Source: an uncultured archaeon (lineage in GTDB: Archaea > Aenigmatarchaeota > Aenigmatarchaeia > GW2011-AR5). From it: a DNA stretch of 64,000 bases. The position numbers and the translations under genes were made by a program. The notes under the pieces are model-generated. The model had not been told where the DNA came from. It saw only the letters and a list, made by a program, of their open reading frames with translations, and ran no database searches. Positions 10,004-18,853 of this stretch are shown piece after piece. Positions within the stretch are counted from its first letter, which is position 1. Every line of letters starts with the position of its first letter. Location: positions 55,615 to 119,614 of the forward strand of contig CAZRDV010000001.1 in NCBI GenBank assembly GCA_964599215.1, in the 5' to 3' direction.

Positions 10004-10582
10004 GTGATTATTATGGTGAAAAAGAAAAAAATCGAAAAAGAAATGATAAAAGAGGTTATAGATTCTGTCCTAGCAGAGGACAAGGTCCTTGTATTCGAAA
10101 ATATAGATCAGGTTTATGAGCCTGGATACTATGGTAAGGAATTAGAAAACAGGCTGGAATTGGCTCTTGTAGAGGCCTGTCTTTTATTGAAAAAGGGTAG
10201 GATAAGGATTATGAAAGGCACTCATCCGATGAAGTTCAAGGAATTATATGAGCATGCGTGTTCTTTTGATAAGCGTTTTCCTGAGAGATTCAGGGTCTAT
10301 GAAGACCTAAGGGAAAGAGGTCTTTTAGTTAGAACAGGCTACAAGTTTGGCTGTGATTTTAGGGTTTATGAGCGTGGTGTGCAGCTGAAGAAGGGCCCGA
10401 AGGCTGCCAAGGAGCATACTAAATGGGTTGTGTTTTGCGTGCCTGAGGATTACACCTGCTCTTTCCAGGAGTTATCCAGGGCAGTGAGGCTGGCACATAA
10501 CATAAGGGCAAGGATGCTGTGGGCAATAGTTGACAATGAAGGGGATTGCACATATCTACAGATAACAAGGCACAAGCCATAG
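10004..10582 (+). CDS. endA: tRNA-splicing endonuclease, catalytic unit
   Basis: VYEDLRERG..VRTGYKFGCDFRVY...EH...L.RAVRLAHNIR; intron-containing tRNAs are nearby. Confidence 0.92.
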   Translation: MIIMVKKKKIEKEMIKEVIDSVLAEDKVLVFENIDQVYEPGYYGKELENRLELALVEACLLLKKGRIRIMKGTHPMKFKELYEHACSFDKRFPERFRVYEDLRERGLLVRTGYKFGCDFRVYERGVQLKKGPKAAKEHTKWVVFCVPEDYTCSFQELSRAVRLAHNIRARMLWAIVDNEGDCTYLQITRHKP

Positions 10583-10590
10583 ATGATAGT

Positions 10591-11724
10591 ATGCTTGTAA
10601 AGGACCTGATGAATAAGAATGTTGTCTACTGTGAACCTGATGAATCAGTAAGCCAGGCGTTGGGCCTGATGAAAAAATATAAGGTACATCAGTTGCCTAT
10701 TATAAAAGACGGTGAACTGACAGGAATCTTGATATTAAACAAGATCATCACCAGGGAGATAGACCCTCTAAAAACCAAGATATCAACTTTAATGATACCT
10801 TCTCCTAGATTAAGTCCTGATGCTTCTTCAGAGGATGCAATAAAATTACTCCTGGGTTCAAACCTCAGGGCAGTTCCTGTTTTCGATTCCAAACTCAGGG
10901 GAATGATATCTGAACAGGACCTGATGAAGGCTGTTAAGGCTGAAGACAAAATAGCTGTTGAGAAGTGTTGCTATATCGAAGAGGATAGTAATATAGGAAA
11001 GGTCAAGAGCCTTATGATACACAAGAACGTATCAAGGGTTCCTGTTGTAAAGAACGGTAAGTTCATAGGGGTCATTGGCACGCTTGACCTGATAAAGGTC
11101 TTGGAAGGTAAAAGAAGATTTGAGGCACGGCACGGCAGATTAAAAGACAGTGGATACAAAGAGGGCCACAGGGCTCATATTGATAAAATTTCTGTCAGTG
11201 CTGTTATGAGAGAACCGGTTATCCTAAAAGCTGATTATAGTAGCAGCGAGGTTGTTGAATTATTAAAAGAGAATGAAGAGGTTCTGATAGAAAACGGTGC
11301 TCTTGGCCTGATAACAGCAAAGGATATACTAAGGTCAACTGTAAAGCCAAGCAGTTTTTCTTATGTCCAGATAACAGGCATAACAGATGAAGGTGCAATT
11401 GTAACTGATAAAATACATCAGGCAGCTTCAGAATTGGTACAAAGGCTTTCCAGATCAGTAGAGCTGCAGCCAATGAAGATACATATAAAGAAACACAAGA
11501 AGCTAGGGCCAAAAACCAAATATTCTTTGCATATAGAATTGCCTACCTCTCTTGGTCTGTTTGTTTCAACAAAAACACACGGGGTTGGGAAGACCTATGC
11601 TGATCTGCCTACACTTGTTCAGAAAGCTATGAATAATCTTGAGAAGGAGATAAGAAAGAAAATAGAAAAGGGTAGGAGAACAGAAAAGAGAAGGGTTTCT
11701 TCAAAAAGATTAGGAAAAGAGTAG
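10591..11724 (+). CDS. CBS-domain protein with C-terminal HPF/RaiA-like domain (putative ribosome hibernation factor)
   Basis: Four CBS repeats (HQLPII, RAVPV, SRVPVV). The C-terminal ~100 aa ends DLPTLVQKAMNNLEKEIRK, resembling the HPF terminal helix. Confidence 0.7.
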   Translation: MLVKDLMNKNVVYCEPDESVSQALGLMKKYKVHQLPIIKDGELTGILILNKIITREIDPLKTKISTLMIPSPRLSPDASSEDAIKLLLGSNLRAVPVFDSKLRGMISEQDLMKAVKAEDKIAVEKCCYIEEDSNIGKVKSLMIHKNVSRVPVVKNGKFIGVIGTLDLIKVLEGKRRFEARHGRLKDSGYKEGHRAHIDKISVSAVMREPVILKADYSSSEVVELLKENEEVLIENGALGLITAKDILRSTVKPSSFSYVQITGITDEGAIVTDKIHQAASELVQRLSRSVELQPMKIHIKKHKKLGPKTKYSLHIELPTSLGLFVSTKTHGVGKTYADLPTLVQKAMNNLEKEIRKKIEKGRRTEKRRVSSKRLGKE

Positions 11725-11727
11725 TTT

Positions 11728-13212
11728 TTATAGAGCCTCTAAATTCTCTCCGCTCAGGAATTCCCTAAGCTTTAGACAGAGTTCCTCTTTTTTGATCCTT
11801 ACCTGTTTCATGGAGTCACGGTCCCTCAGTGTTATACTACTGTTTTCCAATGTTTCATAATCTATTGTTATTGAGGCTGGTACTCCTATCTCGTCCATTC
11901 GTCTATACCGCCTGCCTATGCTGCCTGAATCATCATAGAATACATTGAACCCCAGGCTCTGGAGCAATTTTTTAATCTCTATTGCTTTTTCTGGTAGTTC
12001 ATCTTTATTAACAAGAGGGAATACTGCTGCATCATATGGTGACAGTATTCTAGGGAATCTGAAGACATTTCTTTCTTTCTCTTCTTCGTAGGATAGCAGC
12101 AATAACGCATAGATGTTTCTGTCTACTCCAAAGCTTAATTCCAGTACATGAGGAATAAGTTTCTTTCCATCCACTGAAATAGACATATCCTGTTTTGATA
12201 TCTTCTGGTGTCCGTCGAGATCGTGCGAGGTTCTGTAGTGAATGCCTGCTACCTCTTTCCATTCTAATTCTTCAAGAAAGAGCTCAACATCCCAGTGGTA
12301 TTTGTTATAGAATGCCTTTTCCTCATCGTTCAATTCCTTTAAACGAAATTTGTCTCTTGGTATTTTTAATAAGTCCAGATAAAACTGCTGTACCTTTGCC
12401 ATATGATAAACATAAAACTTCGGTAGTTTCAGGTCTTTGCATGCTATTTCATCTATTTTGTTGCTTTTCCTGTTCTCTTTGGTTAATATCCTAAGCTTGT
12501 AATTCTCTATTTCCTTGAAATTATTATGTTCATTGATTTTATCAGGGTCGAAAAATATTTGTAACTCTGCTTGGCTGAACTCCCTCATCCTTAGGAGCGC
12601 ATTTCTCGGAGAAATCTCGTTTCTGTAAGCCCTGCCTATGATTGCAAGACCCAGAGGCAGCTTTCTTCTAAGGCACTCAAACTCTCTTCTAAAGTTAAGG
12701 TAGGCTCCCTGTGCGGTTTCCGGCAGTAAATATGCCTTCTTCTTATCAGAGCCAGTACCGACGTCAAGAGGGAACATCATGTTTAGGATGCCGGCTTCGT
12801 CCAATGTGCCCTTGCATTTAGGGCACTTTATGCCATGCTTTTTTATAAGCGCCGAAAGTTCCTTTGGTGACAGACCCTCAAAGTTCTCCTTGAGTTCTGA
12901 TTCAACAATATGGTCAGCCCGTTCTGTTAAGCCGCATTTCCTGCACTTGACAATGGGATCAACAAAGCTTTCGAGATGGCCTGAGGCCTTGAAAACATTT
13001 TCCGGCATCACAAACGATGTTTCTATCTCATAAAAATTATCATCCGTCCCCAGGAAAAAGCCTCTCCAGGTATTTTCCCATTTTCTCTTTAACAGGGCTC
13101 CAAGATGCGCATAGTCATAAAAGCCTGATAAGCCTCCGTATATCTCAGAGCTTTGCCAGAAAAAACCGCGACGCTTGGCTATATCATCTATAGTGTCTGT
13201 CTTATTAACCAT
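11728..13212 (-). CDS. glyS: Glycine--tRNA ligase (alpha2 type)
   Basis: SEIYGG, PETAQG, RNEISPR..LLRMREFSQAE, ELSFGVDR, SGSIGRRYRR.DEIG. Confidence 0.97.
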   Translation of the reverse strand: MVNKTDTIDDIAKRRGFFWQSSEIYGGLSGFYDYAHLGALLKRKWENTWRGFFLGTDDNFYEIETSFVMPENVFKASGHLESFVDPIVKCRKCGLTERADHIVESELKENFEGLSPKELSALIKKHGIKCPKCKGTLDEAGILNMMFPLDVGTGSDKKKAYLLPETAQGAYLNFRREFECLRRKLPLGLAIIGRAYRNEISPRNALLRMREFSQAELQIFFDPDKINEHNNFKEIENYKLRILTKENRKSNKIDEIACKDLKLPKFYVYHMAKVQQFYLDLLKIPRDKFRLKELNDEEKAFYNKYHWDVELFLEELEWKEVAGIHYRTSHDLDGHQKISKQDMSISVDGKKLIPHVLELSFGVDRNIYALLLLSYEEEKERNVFRFPRILSPYDAAVFPLVNKDELPEKAIEIKKLLQSLGFNVFYDDSGSIGRRYRRMDEIGVPASITIDYETLENSSITLRDRDSMKQVRIKKEELCLKLREFLSGENLEAL

Positions 13213-13317
13213 AATATCAATTATACTTCTTTGATTAAATATTTATGAATAGTTTTCTTTTTCGTCTTGTTAAGGTTCTGAGAAGCTTTAAAAGGTTTTA
13301 TTAGATGATATCGAACC

Positions 13318-13878
13318 ATGAGTTTTGAAGAAGAAATTAAAGGAATAATAGCTGATAAAAGGAAAGGTATTATAGGCATAAGGTCGCTTATCCAGCATCA
13401 GCATGCTAAGACTGAGCCACCTGAAGAGCTTATTTATGAAGTAAAAGACTTTATTGACAAGGAGGTATGCAAAGAGTGCGACATGCCTGACCTTCTGACT
13501 ATTGTAGATCCTGATTACTACAAAAAACATAAGGATGAGCTTGTTGTCCCCCATTATGGAACATTAAGTCCTGTATTTTTCTGGCATCTTGATAAGCTGC
13601 CAACTATAGCTTTTGAGGGTATTAGGGGTGCAATATACCCCATAGACGATAAGAACAGGCATATAGATTTTATAGAGATGGACAATACTGCTTATTTTAA
13701 CAATCTTAGTGAAAGAAGAAAGAAAAGACTTGGTCGTTATTATCATGAAGAGCATCCCCACAAAGACAAACCAGAATATAAGGCACATATAAAGTCCGTG
13801 GATGAATTGTATGTAGTATTTGCCAATAGAACCCTAGATAACCTTTTTGATATAAGAAAAGTAGTCAGAATCAAATAA
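13318..13878 (+). CDS. Hypothetical protein
   Basis: 186-codon ORF divergent from glyS; no recognised motif. Confidence 0.6.
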   Translation: MSFEEEIKGIIADKRKGIIGIRSLIQHQHAKTEPPEELIYEVKDFIDKEVCKECDMPDLLTIVDPDYYKKHKDELVVPHYGTLSPVFFWHLDKLPTIAFEGIRGAIYPIDDKNRHIDFIEMDNTAYFNNLSERRKKRLGRYYHEEHPHKDKPEYKAHIKSVDELYVVFANRTLDNLFDIRKVVRIK

Positions 13879-13964
13879 CCTATTACCTTATTTTTGGATT
13901 AACCTCGAGATTCCCATCGTGTGGATATGAAGTTATTTAAATATGGTCAATGAAGGTGATACGG

Positions 13965-14075
13965 GTGTGTATTCTGACAGAAACAACGTTCTGTACAAAT
14001 ACCTGTTCATCCTGTGTAAACAGGGAAAAATGTGCGTCTTATACAGCATGGCTGTTAAACAACGGTTTTCTTTAG
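13965..14075 (+). CDS. Cys-rich microprotein (not in ORF track)
   Basis: GTG start after AGGTGA, TATA-like TTTAAATA upstream. Translates MCILTETTFCTNTCSSCVNREKCASYTAWLLNNGFL; alternative in-frame ATG at 13950. Confidence 0.45.
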   Translation: MCILTETTFCTNTCSSCVNREKCASYTAWLLNNGFL

Positions 14076-14139
14076 AATCCAAAAGGCTTTATAAATAAAA
14101 TAAACCAAATCTTATAAACCTGTAAAACAAAGTGATTCT

Positions 14140-15381
14140 ATGTACATACTTACCAAGGAGGGTAAGAAATATCTAGAGAAGGGCTTGCCTGAGAGAAGGC
14201 TTGTTGAATTCCTGAGAAGCGGGAAGAAGACAATAGAGAAAGCCAGGCAGCTAGAGGATTTTGCAATAGCAATACAATGGGCAAAGAAAAACAACTGGGT
14301 AATGGCTGTTCAGGGCGAGATCGAGCTGATAAAAGAGCCTGAGGATTATCCAGAGGAAACTGCGCTAAAGGCTGTTTCTGATGGACGGCAGATCAATGAG
14401 AAAACTGCCTCTATACTGATTAACAGGAGATTAATTGAAAAAGAAAGAGAGGATATTGTCAAGGTAGCCAAGAAATCAGTTGGTAAGGAGATAACAAACC
14501 TTACGCCTGAATTAATAAAAACCGGCCTTTGGAAAGAGGTGAAACTAAAGCCCTACAACGTGGGGGCTGTAGGCAGGAAGGTTTATCCAGGGAAAAGACA
14601 GCCATACCTGCAGTTTGTTTCCCAGATAAAGAAAAAACTCGTTGAGCTCGGTTTCAAAGAGATGGGTGGGCCGTTAATAGAGACGGAATTCTGGAATTTC
14701 GATGCATTATACCAACCGCAGAACCATCCTGCTAGGAGCTGGGCAGCTACTTATCAGCTAAAAGAACCTAAATACGGAAGCATCGATAAGAATATTGCCA
14801 GCCGTGTTGGAAAGGCGCATGAAAAAGGCATAGCAGGAGGCAAAGGCTGGGGTTATAGATGGGATCCAAAAAAAGCAATGCAGCTTATGCCGCGTGCACA
14901 CGGCACATGCCTTTCAGCAAGGACGCTTGCAGGAAAGCCGGATATCCCAGGCAAGTATTTTGCTATTGCCCGTTGCTACAGGCCTGATGTCATTGACGCT
15001 ACCCACCTGATAGAATTCAACCATGCAGAGGGTATTGTTATTGATGAATCGCTCACGCTAAGAAGCCTTCTTGGAATCCTAGAGATGTTCGCAAGGGAGA
15101 TCACCGGGGCAAAGAAGGTGAAATTCTTTCCTGACTACTACCCGTTCACAGAGCCGTCTGTGCAGCTATCAGCAAAGCATCCTGAAATGGGGTGGATAGA
15201 ATTCGGCGGTTCCGGCATCTTCCGCGAAGAGCTAACAAAGCCGTTAGGCATTGATGCCCCTGTTATTGCATGGGGCCTTGGTATTGACAGGCTAGCAATG
15301 TTCAAGCTTGGTATAGAAGACATCCGTTACCTGTTTTCATCTGATCTGAAGTGGCTGCGTGAAACAAAGATGGTGATATAA
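14140..15381 (+). CDS. pheS: Phenylalanine--tRNA ligase alpha subunit
   Basis: FWNFDALYQPQNHPAR, DATHLIEF, YPFTEPS, AWGLGIDRLAM. Confidence 0.97.
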   Translation: MYILTKEGKKYLEKGLPERRLVEFLRSGKKTIEKARQLEDFAIAIQWAKKNNWVMAVQGEIELIKEPEDYPEETALKAVSDGRQINEKTASILINRRLIEKEREDIVKVAKKSVGKEITNLTPELIKTGLWKEVKLKPYNVGAVGRKVYPGKRQPYLQFVSQIKKKLVELGFKEMGGPLIETEFWNFDALYQPQNHPARSWAATYQLKEPKYGSIDKNIASRVGKAHEKGIAGGKGWGYRWDPKKAMQLMPRAHGTCLSARTLAGKPDIPGKYFAIARCYRPDVIDATHLIEFNHAEGIVIDESLTLRSLLGILEMFAREITGAKKVKFFPDYYPFTEPSVQLSAKHPEMGWIEFGGSGIFREELTKPLGIDAPVIAWGLGIDRLAMFKLGIEDIRYLFSSDLKWLRETKMVI

Positions 15382-17039
15382 TGCCGACTGTTGAGTTTTA
15401 CCTGAAGGATTTGCAAAGACTGATGAAAAAGAAAGTGACGGCCAAAGAGTTAGAAGAACTTATACTCTATGCAAAAGGTGAGGTTGAAAGCGTAGAAGGC
15501 GACCTGATAAAAGTCGATATAAAGGATACCAACCGGCCTGATTTATGGTCTGTAGAGGGCATTGCACGAGAGCTAAGAACACATATTGGTAAGGCAATAC
15601 CTAAATATAAGATAAGAAAATCCAAATTCCGGATGGTTGTTGATAAAAAGGTTGAGAGGGTCCGTGCAAAGACTGTTGGTGCTGTTGTCAAGGGCCTTCA
15701 CTTTGACAACTACTTCATAAAGCAGATAATACAGCTCCAGGAAAAGATACACCAGACCTACGGTGGCAACAGAAACTTTGCAGCTATAGGTGTCTATGAC
15801 TTTGACAGGATAAAATTCCCAATAAGATATACTACTGTAAAGCCGGATGGTATAAAATTCGTGCCTCTGGAAGCTGAGGAAGCAATGACACCAAGGGAGA
15901 TATTGAAAAAACACCCGTGCGGCCGTGACTATGGGCACTTGATAAACAAGTATCCTGAGTACCCGCTAATGATAGACAGCAAAAAAAACGTGTTGTCAAT
16001 ACCGCCGATAATCAATTCTTCTTACACAGGAAAGATAACCGAGAAGACAAAGAATGTGTTTATTGAAATCACTGGGCACGAGATAGATAGAATATCTGTT
16101 GCATTAAACGTGCTGGTTACTGCTCTGGCAGAGCGCGGGGGCAAGATATACAGCATGGCAATAAAATATCCTGATAAAAAGATTATCAGGCCTGATCTAA
16201 AACCGTTAAAATTCATTCTTGATCCTGATTACTGCAGGCGCGTTATTGGTATTGATATCGATAACAGGGATATAATAAAATTATTAAAAAATTCCGGGTG
16301 CAATGCCAGGCCTGGCAAAAAAATAATCGTGGAATACCCTGCCTACAGGAATGACATAATGCATCAGCGCGATATAATAGAGGATATTGCAATAGCCTAT
16401 GACTACAACAAGATAAAGCCGGAGTTTCCAGAGCTGGTAACCTTAGGGGCTGCCAGTAGGCTTGAGAGTTTCTGCGATACTGTAAGAGAACTGATGGTGG
16501 GTCTTGGTTTCCAGGAAATCATGACTTTTTCCTTAACCAATGAGGATAACCTATTCAAGAAGATGGAGCTTCCTGCCCAGGCAGTATGCAAGATATCAAA
16601 TCCTGTAAGCCTTAACTGGACAGTTCTCAGGAATCAGCTCTTGCCAAGTATGATAGAATTCCTTTCGAATAATCTTCATATAGATTATCCGCAGAAAATT
16701 TTTGAAATAGGCGATTCCGTAGTTCTGGACAGTAAAGAGGAAACGAAAACAAAAACAATGAAGAAGCTGTCGTGTGTGATGACAGACAACAGAACTAGCT
16801 ACGAATCAATAGCCTCTTTGCTGGATGCCCTCATGGTGAATCTTGGATTAAAATATGAATTAAAAGAGGCCAGCCACAAAAGCTTTATTCCCGGAAGAGC
16901 AGCAGCTATAATAGTTAATAATAAGCCAGTAGGCATTATTGGAGAGGTCCACCCGCAGGTCCTTAATAACTGGGGGCTGGAGAAGCCTGTTGTTGGCTTT
17001 GAGCTAGATATCAATAAGATATTTGAAATGGTTAAGTAG
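15381..17039 (+). CDS. pheT: Phenylalanine--tRNA ligase beta subunit
   Basis: NRPDLWSVEGIAR, SIPPIINS, R.DIMHQRDIIEDIAIAY, GEVHPQVL.NW. Confidence 0.97.
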   Translation: MPTVEFYLKDLQRLMKKKVTAKELEELILYAKGEVESVEGDLIKVDIKDTNRPDLWSVEGIARELRTHIGKAIPKYKIRKSKFRMVVDKKVERVRAKTVGAVVKGLHFDNYFIKQIIQLQEKIHQTYGGNRNFAAIGVYDFDRIKFPIRYTTVKPDGIKFVPLEAEEAMTPREILKKHPCGRDYGHLINKYPEYPLMIDSKKNVLSIPPIINSSYTGKITEKTKNVFIEITGHEIDRISVALNVLVTALAERGGKIYSMAIKYPDKKIIRPDLKPLKFILDPDYCRRVIGIDIDNRDIIKLLKNSGCNARPGKKIIVEYPAYRNDIMHQRDIIEDIAIAYDYNKIKPEFPELVTLGAASRLESFCDTVRELMVGLGFQEIMTFSLTNEDNLFKKMELPAQAVCKISNPVSLNWTVLRNQLLPSMIEFLSNNLHIDYPQKIFEIGDSVVLDSKEETKTKTMKKLSCVMTDNRTSYESIASLLDALMVNLGLKYELKEASHKSFIPGRAAAIIVNNKPVGIIGEVHPQVLNNWGLEKPVVGFELDINKIFEMVK

Positions 17040-17040
17040 C

Positions 17041-17166
17041 TTACTTCTTGATATCGGGTTTCCATTTCATCGGTTTTACATCGCGCTCTGCATCTCTTCT
17101 AAGGAAGCACTCGTGCGTCTTCTTTTCCTCGTCTGTAATCTCTTTACCGCAATAAGGACATCGCAT
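17041..17166 (-). CDS. Zinc-finger microprotein, 41 aa (not in ORF track)
   Basis: MRCPYCGKEITDEEKKTHECFLRRDAERDVKPMKWKPDIKK: CPxCG plus HxC; starts 4 nt after the previous ORF. Confidence 0.65.
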   Translation of the reverse strand: MRCPYCGKEITDEEKKTHECFLRRDAERDVKPMKWKPDIKK

Positions 17167-17170
17167 ATAA

Positions 17171-17302
17171 TCACGAAATTCTTATTTTTATCTTGCCGCA
17201 TCTGGAGCATCTGTATTTTTGTTGGAACCTTCCATTGCCTGTGTTTTCAGGTCCCAGAAACTTTTCATATTCATGAAGGCCTAGAATGCACTTAAGCGGC
17301 AT
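17171..17302 (-). CDS. Zinc-binding microprotein, 43 aa (not in ORF track)
   Basis: MPLKCILGLHEYEKFLGPENTGNGRFQQKYRCSRCGKIKIRIS: C..GLH...CxxCG; GGTGA SD; directly downstream of minD. Confidence 0.65.
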   Translation of the reverse strand: MPLKCILGLHEYEKFLGPENTGNGRFQQKYRCSRCGKIKIRIS

Positions 17303-17313
17303 CGCGTCACCTA

Positions 17314-18069
17314 CTATCTCCTAAAGAGTGAGAACAATCTATACTGCCATGGTACTCTGAATTCCTCTCCGGCTATTCTGTGGGCAAGCCTGTTTATTTC
17401 TATACTGGCAGGGCTGTTTGGTTTGTGATGAAGTACAGGTATCTTTCTCGATATGCTCTGCTGGATACTGATATCTTCGGGTATTTCTGCCAGCAGCTCG
17501 GTATCCAGCATGCTGACTATTTCTCTTGTTCTCAGCTCATGGCCCTTTCCTGTTACCCTGTTTATAATAAGGCCTGAAACCTTTGTACCGACCTGTTCTG
17601 CTAGTTTTGCAGCTTTCAGGGCATCGGTCACGGCTGGCAGTTCAGGCGTCGTAACTAAGATCATTTCATCAGCTGCTTCTATAGAGGCCAAAGCCTCTCT
17701 ACCAAGGCCAGCAGCTGCATCGATTATGACATACTCTGCGTCACCAACCAGGTCCAGCAGGGCATTAGGCAGGTCTCTTGCATCCACGCCCTTAAGGTCC
17801 TTTAATGCAATGCCTGCCGGAACAATCCTAAGGCCGCTTTCGTGTTCATATATTGCATCCTCCAGGCGTGCGTTGCCCCTTAATACGTCATGCAGGTTAG
17901 TTGGATATAGTGGAAGCCCGAGATGCAAACCAAGATTCGGTGTGGTAAGATTACTATCGAGAATTACAACATTCTTCCCAAGCTCCGCCAGCGCAATGCC
18001 AAGGTTAGCAGTCAGCATGGTCTTTCCTGCGCCGCCTTTGCCTGATGCACAGGTAATTATCTTGGTCAT
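17314..18069 (-). CDS. minD: MinD/ParA-family ATPase (archaeal MinD)
   Basis: Deviant Walker A SGKGGAGKT, IIDAAAGL, VTTPELPAVTDA, C-terminal amphipathic WQYRLFSLFRR. Confidence 0.92.
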   Translation of the reverse strand: MTKIITCASGKGGAGKTMLTANLGIALAELGKNVVILDSNLTTPNLGLHLGLPLYPTNLHDVLRGNARLEDAIYEHESGLRIVPAGIALKDLKGVDARDLPNALLDLVGDAEYVIIDAAAGLGREALASIEAADEMILVTTPELPAVTDALKAAKLAEQVGTKVSGLIINRVTGKGHELRTREIVSMLDTELLAEIPEDISIQQSISRKIPVLHHKPNSPASIEINRLAHRIAGEEFRVPWQYRLFSLFRR

Positions 18070-18119
18070 AACAAGATTATTTTATATTCGTAATATTTAA
18101 TAGTTTTCTTCTCGACAAA

Positions 18120-18235
18120 TGGGCGCGACGGGATTCGAACCCGCGACCCCTAGCTTTCTTCCTATCATCCTGGAATCAAATCTTCTATCCCTAAGATAGA
18201 AGGCTAGTGCTCTATCCAAGCTGAGCTACGCGCCC
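18120..18235 (-). tRNA. tRNA-Arg(TCT) with 41-nt canonical intron (18156-18196)
   Basis: Minus strand: GGGCGCG...CTAGC CT TCT A [intron] A GCTAG GGGTC GCGGG TTCGAAT CCCGT CGCGCCC A; BHB helix CTTC/GAAG. Confidence 0.92.
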
Positions 18236-18241
18236 TCAGCC

Positions 18242-18331
18242 CCTTTTTCTTGTAAGAAAAAGGTCCTGGGGTTCAACTTGCAGAAAGCATTCGCTTTCTG
18301 AAGTCTCCAGAAGACGAAAGTCTTCTAGGAG
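18242..18331. repeat. Three tandem inverted repeats (hairpins) upstream of tRNA-Arg
   Basis: CCTTTTTCTT-GT-AAGAAAAAGG; CAGAAAGC-ATTC-GCTTTCTG; CTCCAGAAGAC-GAAA-GTCTTCTAGGAG. Confidence 0.8.
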
Positions 18332-18552
18332 AAAAGAGCCATGGAACATACTATTTATTCCATAACCCTTTGGTTAACAAGACCTTTCTCTCAGTAAGTT
18401 ATTTAAATTCTGCGCCTTAATAAACCTTATTATGAGGCAAGATAAATCGCTTGTAAACATGGTCTTGCTAGTCGTAATGCTCTAAGAGCAACGATATCGT
18501 CTTCTCCCTTTATAACAGTCAAAAACAACAGGAGGAGACGAGAGTATAAAAG

Positions 18553-18834
18553 GTGGAAAGAATGGAAAATGGTGTATACGAGGGGCGTTGTGGCAGCTGT
18601 GCGCTTTTCAGAAAAGCTGTTGATATGTGCCTTGAGAATAGAAACGGTGATCACTGGCTTTATATAATAAAGATGAGGAGCATAGAGCCCAATACTGACG
18701 GAATAAGAATGCACGCCACAGACATTGAACGCGCAGGAGTGAGGTGCATGTATTGCAATAAAGAAATGGTCACAGCTGATACACCGGCATGCGAATCCTA
18801 TGGTATTTTGCAGGATATGAAATGTTATATTTAA
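18553..18834 (+). CDS. Small Cys-rich hypothetical protein
   Basis: 93 aa with CxxC (CGSC, CMYC) and other Cys; ends 19 nt before leuS. Confidence 0.5.
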   Translation: MERMENGVYEGRCGSCALFRKAVDMCLENRNGDHWLYIIKMRSIEPNTDGIRMHATDIERAGVRCMYCNKEMVTADTPACESYGILQDMKCYI

Positions 18835-18853
18835 TTAATACTAGGTATTATTT

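Noticed and set aside
17023..17295. 90-aa plus-strand ORF
   Set aside because: Better explained by two minus-strand Zn-motif microproteins with SD sites.
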